Source of the DNA: Mycobacterium phage prophiT36-1
DNA length: 64,000 bases
Sequence record: OQ417966.1
Strand: one strand, 5' to 3'
Both the position numbers and the translations under genes were made by a program. Numbering within the stretch: position 1 is the stretch's first letter; each line of letters starts with the position of its first letter. Of the stretch, positions 57,279-64,000 are shown piece by piece. The notes under the pieces were generated by a model. It had not been told where the DNA came from. It saw nothing but the letters and a program-made list of their open reading frames with translations, and did not search any database.

Positions 57279-57536
57279 TCAGTGGTCGGCGAAGAAGTCG
57301 CCCGCTGAAGCATCCAACGCCTCCGCAATGTCGACGAGGCGTTCATACAGAAGTCCCCGGCGGCCGTGCTCGACGTCAATGAGTACGTTGCGAGTCACAC
57401 CCGACGCCAACGCGAGCGCCTCTTGAGTCAGGCCCCGCGCAAGACGCAACGCGCGGATGCGGGCGCCGACCGCCTGCCGAGTATGTTCCCAGGCAATCAC
57501 ACGCTCGGGATCGTTCTGCTGAGGGCGGGTAGGCAT
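57279..57536 (-). CDS. XRE-family HTH regulator (copy 2).
   Basis: Translation identical to 34511-34768. Confidence 0.75.
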   Translation of the reverse strand: MPTRPQQNDPERVIAWEHTRQAVGARIRALRLARGLTQEALALASGVTRNVLIDVEHGRRGLLYERLVDIAEALDASAGDFFADH

Positions 57537-57546
57537 TAACCCAGTT

Positions 57547-58287
57547 ATGGAGCGCCCGTACCAAAAGTCTGCCCTACTAGTAGTACATTGCTGTGTTGTG
57601 TTTGAATTCGATCCCGAAGATGCGTCTGTAGAGACTGTTTCGGCACTGGCCCTGGATGCGATGGACGAGCTGCGCAGGAAGTTGATCGAATGCCTTCTGG
57701 TGTTGCAAACGTTGTCTGATGAAGCTGATCTGAATTTCGTCGATCTAATTAGCGATCTGCAGGCCGTTCACCGAGGTACTCAAGAGGCGTATCGAGCAGC
57801 TAGTCTGGTGCATCAGGGTGCTCAGCTAGACGGCCGATGGGGTAACAGTTTGTCCAAGCCCAAAGCCGTTTTCGCTCGCCATAATTCAGCAGTGCGTCGC
57901 GGCGCCAAAAAGGTAATCCCGATGTCGGCACCATCTGACCTGGTGGAGCAGAGTTTGTATCACTTGCCCAAGCCCGACCGCGTTCAAGCAACCGTGGGTG
58001 ACCGGCCCCAATGCGCGGGCACCGTTCGTTCCACAGGTGAAAGCTGTGCCAGCTCCGCCATGTATCTGGGTTCGGGAGCATTTGCAGCGCACTGTTATTC
58101 GCACGCTACTCCCGCTGAACGTGAGCGGTACAGGGTCTATCACAAGGAGATTGATGCGCGACGTGCGCGCACATATGACGATTTGCGCGAGCGTCAGTGG
58201 GCGGTCGGTCGCGAGATTCTCGCTCACTGGATCTCTAGTCGCGAACATGGCATCGAGTGGCTTGAGAAAGCTATCGCTGAAGTTTAG
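57547..58287 (+). CDS. Cys/His-cluster hypothetical protein (copy 2).
   Basis: Translation identical to 34779-35519. Confidence 0.4.
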   Translation: MERPYQKSALLVVHCCVVFEFDPEDASVETVSALALDAMDELRRKLIECLLVLQTLSDEADLNFVDLISDLQAVHRGTQEAYRAASLVHQGAQLDGRWGNSLSKPKAVFARHNSAVRRGAKKVIPMSAPSDLVEQSLYHLPKPDRVQATVGDRPQCAGTVRSTGESCASSAMYLGSGAFAAHCYSHATPAERERYRVYHKEIDARRARTYDDLRERQWAVGREILAHWISSREHGIEWLEKAIAEV

Positions 58288-58644
58288 AAGCGCAGGGCGT
58301 TTTACTGCTCCTTCACGAGCGCACGGGCAGGAGTCACAACGATTCCGTCAGCCAATCGGACCGCGAGTGGGCTACGCCACGTAGAGCGAAGATCATTTAC
58401 ACAGATTGGGCATCTAAGTCTTTGCCCTGCGATGAAATGCTCGTTGTTTCGGACGACGCGCACCCATGACGGAAGCTGCCGACAGGATGCCTACCCTTGG
58501 CCGAACGAAACATTGAGGCAGTCCTGCAAGCGCAGCGAGGACGGTCGGCGGGCCTCCAGTGTGCGGGCAGGACATCACGGTGATCTTGCGGGCTGTTGGG
58601 CTGGCCCGCTCTGCCTCGACGGCCCGTAAGGGCACGTAATTCGT

Positions 58645-60417
58645 TTGCTCTTTACGGGCGGTCGCGTAGCTTTGTTTTGTGTTCCTTTCCATCCGGGGCC
58701 ATTGGCTTGCCGCTTTACGTATCTTGGACCGTTGGTGAAGCTGCGGCGCCTGACGCGGCGCGAAACAAACGAGAGCCTGCGCCGGCGATGGGCATTTTTT
58801 CAGGCGCATCTTCGCGACGAATTTGTCCACTCCGCACAAGGCGAGCAGGTACTCAAGTACGCCTTTGAGTTGCGCCGGGTTAATCGGCCAGATACTGATG
58901 TCGAACATTTCAAGGCGGTGGTCGCTGCCGAGCGTGACGTGTGCGAGGCGCGGGCACGAGCAGCTCTAGACCGGGTGAACCCGGCCAGTGTTCTGGTGCT
59001 GGGGGTGATTCTTGAGCGCGCCGGTCAATCGCGTTACCGGCAGTTCCTGGGCGCGTTTGGGATGTCGCGGCTCGTATGGTTGATCGGAGCGGCCGGCGGG
59101 GGCACTGGACCTCTCGGTGAAGGTATTCGAGAGTTCTTCGATTGTGCAGTGCCCTGGTTAGCTGTTACCGCATTGGAAAGTGAGCTGTGGTGGCAGCCCA
59201 CGGGACGTGACCCTGATGATGCGACCGTGACAGCGGTTGGTTCGCGCATGGTCAATGCGCATACCCGCCTGTGGTGGGGCTCGTTGATGGTCGCGCGCTC
59301 ACTGCTGCGGCAGGCACGCCGACCCGAGTTACCCGAAACGATCGTCCCGGAGCTGGTGCAGTATCTCGTCGCAGCCAACGGGGCCAACCTGCGCGAGCGC
59401 GCAGAATTCATTCTGCCGCCGCTGAGCACTCAGGCCCGCACATTTGCGACCGCATGTTCAGTGCGGGCCGGTCAGTACGCGGGCCGTCGGCTCGATGACC
59501 TGGTCAATACCCGCATTGACGGTGAGAGCTCGGGTGGGCAACCGTGCGAGACTTACCCGTTCATTCTCGTAGGTGAGCAGCTCGTGCCGGCCACGATCTA
59601 TGTCTTGCGCGGCAGCCTGCACGTTATGTTCGTGGACTACCTGCGTAGAACGCTCAAAGACGAAGGCTCCCAAATCTTTGAGCGCACGTGCGGGGACCTG
59701 ATCCGTGAGCTGCTGGGCACGGACGGTGAAATGCTCACCGACGTCAATATTCGGATATCCCATGCGGAACGAAAACATAAGGGCCAAACTGATTTCGCGG
59801 CACTTTGGCAATCAGTCCTGCTTATCGGGGAGGTTAAGGCTGCGTTGGAGCCGGTCTTGCCACGTAAATCTGGGGCGTCCTATGACCGTGACGTGGGTAA
59901 AGCATTCACGCAGCTCAATGAGCGATTGGCCGCCGCAGCTGCCGGAAGCTCGGTGTCGGCGGCCGGTCGGATGGTTAAGGCCGAAGAATATTCACAAGTG
60001 CGAGGACTTGGGGTGGTGATGCACGATTTCGGCGGCGAGATCTGGCGGCATAGAGCACATGGCGGGAAGTTCAAAGACTCTGCAAGACTGCCGATTATTA
60101 CGGTCCAGGACCTCGCAGTGATCGCTCACACATTGAGCGGGATGGATGAGTTTCTCCGGTACCTGGACTTCCGTCAGCAGCTCCTGGGGGCAGGTGTGCG
60201 GGCTATGGAGGAGTTCGACATTCTCGCCGGTTTCCTGGCGCGAGGCCCGGGCCCGGGTCAGCAGCTTACTCGTGCGCAGAGGCGTGCGACACGAAATGGC
60301 AAAGGGCACATCAGGCTTGCGGCCCGCGCTGTTCCCTTGTCTTTGCAGCATGTCTTCGAGCCGCCGGTGGATAAAGCTGGCTGGCGTCAGATCGTCGCCG
60401 GAATGCCCAGGGTCTGA
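58645..60417 (+). CDS. PD-(D/E)xK motif protein (copy 2).
   Basis: Translation identical to 35877-37649. Confidence 0.45.
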   Translation: MLFTGGRVALFCVPFHPGPLACRFTYLGPLVKLRRLTRRETNESLRRRWAFFQAHLRDEFVHSAQGEQVLKYAFELRRVNRPDTDVEHFKAVVAAERDVCEARARAALDRVNPASVLVLGVILERAGQSRYRQFLGAFGMSRLVWLIGAAGGGTGPLGEGIREFFDCAVPWLAVTALESELWWQPTGRDPDDATVTAVGSRMVNAHTRLWWGSLMVARSLLRQARRPELPETIVPELVQYLVAANGANLRERAEFILPPLSTQARTFATACSVRAGQYAGRRLDDLVNTRIDGESSGGQPCETYPFILVGEQLVPATIYVLRGSLHVMFVDYLRRTLKDEGSQIFERTCGDLIRELLGTDGEMLTDVNIRISHAERKHKGQTDFAALWQSVLLIGEVKAALEPVLPRKSGASYDRDVGKAFTQLNERLAAAAAGSSVSAAGRMVKAEEYSQVRGLGVVMHDFGGEIWRHRAHGGKFKDSARLPIITVQDLAVIAHTLSGMDEFLRYLDFRQQLLGAGVRAMEEFDILAGFLARGPGPGQQLTRAQRRATRNGKGHIRLAARAVPLSLQHVFEPPVDKAGWRQIVAGMPRV

Positions 60418-60787
60418 ACTCGCCGCAGGACCCGGGAACGGCCGACCTCCGCTAAGCCTGCCTGCCCAGTGCATCGGTGGGTCGGTAGTGGTTTGGGACT
60501 GTGTCTGATTGCCAGCCATTCGGATTGGGCGAGCTATGCCTGACAGTTCGCACCTGACTCTCGCTGTCAGTTGTCGCCCACATACCGCTCCAACGCTATC
60601 CAGACTGGTCCTGGCACTTCCGAAGTAGCGACGTACTGTGATCTTTCAGTTCAGAACAGTGTTTACGCGGGGGTCCTTCGCGGCAGCTCCTCGCAAAGTC
60701 GGCGGCCGGTAGATATTGTGTCGCACTGCGACAACAATCAGATTCAGATCCCACCGTCTACCTGTCGCGTCTAACTGAGGGGGTTCC

Positions 60788-62593
60788 ATGACGGCTGAGC
60801 CAGCACCGCTCGGCGAAGGCATCGCCGAGCACTTCGGGTTTGCTATTGCGGGGGTCAGAGTCGGTGATGGTGAGATGCTCGACTTGCCTGGAGCGGGGAG
60901 CGTCATAGCTGTTGTGGGGGCGAACAATGCCGGAAAGTCCACGTTCCTACGTCAATTGCAGGAGATCTTGGCGTGGCACGGACTCACCAAGGAAATGACG
61001 CCCCGCGTTGTTACGGAAATCGCGGAGCCATGGGTTGGTTCGGTCGAAGATTTCACCGCGTGGCTGATCGCTAACGCCCAGATTGACGAGCACACGGGTC
61101 TAAGGAATGTGACCCGCAACGGCACTCACCCGCAAATACCGTTGCAGAACACTGCCTCGATCCGGAACCAACCCACACCTGGCGCTGTCCTGCACTGGTT
61201 TGTCGGCAATCATCAGCCAGGCGACCGGCAACACGCCTGTTCGATGTCAGGTAGAGCTGACCCGGCAGGATTACCCCCACAGACACCCATGCAGGCCCTG
61301 TTCGCAGACATACCGAAACGCAAAAAGGTGATTGACCTCGCTGCCCGCTTGTTCGGCGTTCAACTGCACTTCGATACCGTCAGTGCGTCTATCGGCTTCC
61401 GTATCGGCAAACCCGACTTGCCGGCGCCAAACGTTAACGAGATAGACGCTCAGTATGCTCGCGCGGTTGGAAAACTGCCACCTCTGATCGAACAAGGTGA
61501 CGGCATCAAGTCAGCGCTCGGCCTCTTGATCCCTCTGATTACCAACGCGAACCCGCTGTCGATCGTGGACGAACCCGAGGCCTTCCTCCACCCACCGCAG
61601 GCAGAGCTTCTCGGCTTCGAGATAGGGAAAATTGCTCGGGACAACAGATCCCAGGTTGTCCTCGCGACTCACGACAAGAATCTTCTGCAGGGGATCGCGA
61701 GGAGTGGAGCCCCCGTATCGATTATTCACTTACAGCGAGCTGGAGACACCACGACGGCTATTCGTCTCGGGGCCGAAGATATCGAAGACCTCTGGAAAGA
61801 TGTGACCCTTCGGTATGGCAATGCGCTCGACAGCCTATTTCATCGCGCGGTCGTCATCACCGAAGGTGATCGGGATTCGCACTTTTTTCGTGCGGCGATT
61901 GATGCGGTTCATGAGGGCATACACCCGCAGCCTCCCGCACACAACCTGATGTTTCTAAGCAGCTATGGCAAGCAGAACATGGCGCACATCGTCGAACGTC
62001 TTCGAAAGCTGGGCGTACGGGTCGTCACATCTCCCGACCTCGACATTCTCAACAACGAAACGCTGCTGCGCCGGCTCGTTGTTGCCCACGGCGGCGACTG
62101 GAACTCGATCATGCAGCTTTACAAGCAGGCAACGAACGAATTCCTCGGTCCTGCAAAGCCTCCCACGATCGACGACGTACGCACAAAGATTGATGACGCC
62201 CTGAGTAAATCGACCGATGGCGTCTTGGACAGGCCTTTAGCTCAGGCGCTAGCTGTGGCCGTTGCGCTCCCAACAACAAACTGGGGCAAGCTAAAAGAGG
62301 CCGGCACCCGGGCATTTAATGCAGACAAGAAATCGGCGACTGAACTTCTGGATGCTCTGGACGCGATCGGCATCGTTGCCGTCAAGGTCGGGGAGCTGGA
62401 AAAGTTTGTAACAAACGCTAACCCGCCAAAAGGCCCCGAGTTCCTCCCTGTCGCCTTCGCTGCGGGAGCGCACATCGCGCCGGAGGCAGGGGAACATGCA
62501 AATCGGCTATTGATAGCAGCCGGAATCACGGTTCCAGAGACGCGCCCTGTTCACGATCAATGCTTGCCCGCATGCGCCCAGACCTCAGGCTGA
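60788..62593 (+). CDS. OLD-family ABC-ATPase/Toprim nuclease (copy 2).
   Basis: Translation identical to 38020-39825. Confidence 0.8.
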   Translation: MTAEPAPLGEGIAEHFGFAIAGVRVGDGEMLDLPGAGSVIAVVGANNAGKSTFLRQLQEILAWHGLTKEMTPRVVTEIAEPWVGSVEDFTAWLIANAQIDEHTGLRNVTRNGTHPQIPLQNTASIRNQPTPGAVLHWFVGNHQPGDRQHACSMSGRADPAGLPPQTPMQALFADIPKRKKVIDLAARLFGVQLHFDTVSASIGFRIGKPDLPAPNVNEIDAQYARAVGKLPPLIEQGDGIKSALGLLIPLITNANPLSIVDEPEAFLHPPQAELLGFEIGKIARDNRSQVVLATHDKNLLQGIARSGAPVSIIHLQRAGDTTTAIRLGAEDIEDLWKDVTLRYGNALDSLFHRAVVITEGDRDSHFFRAAIDAVHEGIHPQPPAHNLMFLSSYGKQNMAHIVERLRKLGVRVVTSPDLDILNNETLLRRLVVAHGGDWNSIMQLYKQATNEFLGPAKPPTIDDVRTKIDDALSKSTDGVLDRPLAQALAVAVALPTTNWGKLKEAGTRAFNADKKSATELLDALDAIGIVAVKVGELEKFVTNANPPKGPEFLPVAFAAGAHIAPEAGEHANRLLIAAGITVPETRPVHDQCLPACAQTSG

Positions 62594-63012
62594 TACGACC
62601 GCGACGCCGGCTACTGACCTTGCGGACGTGCTCAATACAAGTGCTCAGTTGCGCGCGGAGCTAATCTGCAGTTGGGTCAGGTATGTACTCGATTGTCGCT
62701 TATGGTGGTTGGCGAGTGGTATTGAATCGTGGGGGACAGGGTTATCTTTAGGCATGTACTTGTCGGTGTATATGGCTGGTGCTAACGGATTTCAGCGCTG
62801 TGAATGTTTTATTCGGCCGAGCATCTCAGCCTTCGGGGCAAGCGATCAGTTTCTCCACGGCTGCTGGTCGAACCTCGACATGGATTCGTCTGAGGCCTGC
62901 AACAGGTGGCACTAACCCGACCTCTATCCATGCGGATACTTAATCGACATCCGCGAGAGCGGCACCCTGTTCGCGCGACCCCAACTGGCGTTCCTACCCA
63001 GCTACGGGCATA

Positions 63013-63807
63013 TTGCTGCCAAATCTGTTGGTAAACACCAGTTTACGGCTTTCGCCGTATACACCAATTCTCGTGCGAAGAGACGCATCTGAAGCGCTCC
63101 CAGCCTCTCCGGTCGCAGGAAAGAAAATACTCTGGCCGATACGTGGTTCGATTATGCCCATGCATGGTTTCCCTTTGGCCCCAGGCTCTTTGGGCTACAA
63201 GCGCTGCCACCTCACCGTCGGGGGAGAGTTTCGACTGTCACAGACTGATTGTTGCGATGCCGGCCAAGACGAGTTGTTCGGCGTCCTCGACGACCGATCA
63301 GCTGTGGTGTTCATCCACCCAAACGCGCTTCCCGCTGCGCCACCTGACGGCGTACCGCCGTTCGCGGTCGACTTCCTGCTGGACACCACTCGCGCGGCCT
63401 ACCTGTTAGTGCATAACGGCATTCGTGCGCGGTTTCCGAATACCCATTTCATACTCAGCCACGGCGGGGGCTTCGTGCCTTACGCCTCCCACCGGATGGC
63501 ATTCTCGCTCGAATTGGAAACCGGTAACCCCGCTGAGGAGATGCTGGCATTGTTGTCGAGCTTCTATTTCGACACGGCCGTGACGTCCAGCCCTGCATCC
63601 TTGCCGAGCCTGCTGGCCTTCGCCGACTCCGGCCATGTCGTCTACGGATCGGATTGGCCCTTCCTACCTGCCGACGCCGCTAGGAGGTTCACCGGTAATC
63701 TGGGTCGTTACCTTGGATTAGATGATCGGGCCCGCGCCGCAATCGATCGCGGCAACGCCGAAAAGATCTGGGGAACACCGCCGCCAACCCGTGACGAGGT
63801 CGGCTAG
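63013..63807 (+). pseudogene. 5'-truncated amidohydrolase-2 fragment (copy 2).
   Basis: Translation identical to 40245-41039. Confidence 0.5.
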
Positions 63808-64000
63808 TCGGCGGGCAGGCGCTGTGGCCGACAAGGATCGGGCCAACAAGCAACCGCCAACATCAGGGCGCTCTCAGAGTATCGCGATCGCGCCATCCAC
63901 CTGTACAACGCCCAGGGTCTTGGCGCGCGTTCGTGCTGGTCGTAGCTTCCGTCGGGATGGATGAGAGGTCAGGCGCACCCCAAGCCGATCAGCACTCGAT

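Larger units (their letters stand above)
47509..64000 (+). repeat. Copy 2 of the direct repeat of at least 16.5 kb; it runs off the window end.
   Basis: Identical to 24741-41232 at offset 22,768 in spot-checked lines. All ORF translations are identical. Confidence 0.9.

Overview
This is high-GC DNA that looks like Mycobacterium or a related actinobacterium, and it has three parts. (1) Positions 1 to about 24,700 are the structural (virion) module of a siphovirus-type prophage, all on the + strand. It runs from a head morphogenesis/protease-like gene cut off at the 5' window edge, through a major capsid protein with a scaffold-like N-terminus, several small head-tail genes, a probable major tail subunit, an HK97 gp10-like protein, a chaperone-like gene and an 1863-aa tape measure protein, to about 12 minor tail and fibre genes. 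Two of the highly expressed structural genes are followed by GC-rich hairpin terminators. No terminase, lysis cassette or phage integrase lies in the window. (2) A block of at least 16.5 kb is present twice in direct orientation, at 24741-41232 and 47509-64000, an exact offset of 22,768 bp. Every ORF translation in the track is identical between the two copies. Copy 2 runs off the window edge, so the true length of the repeated unit and its right-hand end are unknown. The block opens with three consecutive, translationally coupled tyrosine recombinase genes, a RIT-like or Tn554-like 'recombinase trio', plus a small TetR-like HTH gene. Its cargo has lower GC and looks like an anti-phage defence island. 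The cargo genes are an 1161-aa SF2 helicase fused to a putative PD-(D/E)xK-like nuclease region, a divergent XRE regulator, a 246-aa Cys/His protein, a 590-aa protein with a PD-(D/E)xK motif, and a 601-aa OLD-family (P2 Old-like) ABC-ATPase-Toprim nuclease. After these comes a 5'-truncated amidohydrolase-2 gene fragment. (3) The 6.3 kb between the copies (41233-47508) holds accessory genes. These are a 534-aa protein combining a sigma-70 region-4-like HTH with a TnsA/PD-(D/E)xK-like C-terminus, a secreted Pro/Gln-rich protein with a toxin-like C-terminal domain and a downstream immunity candidate, a lipoprotein gene, an ImmA/IrrE-like HEXXH fragment, and a diverged remnant of the lipoprotein gene. 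No tRNA, rRNA or CRISPR array was seen. Most long antisense or off-frame ORFs in the track are GC-driven artefacts. All domain calls rest on motifs read by eye, not on database searches.
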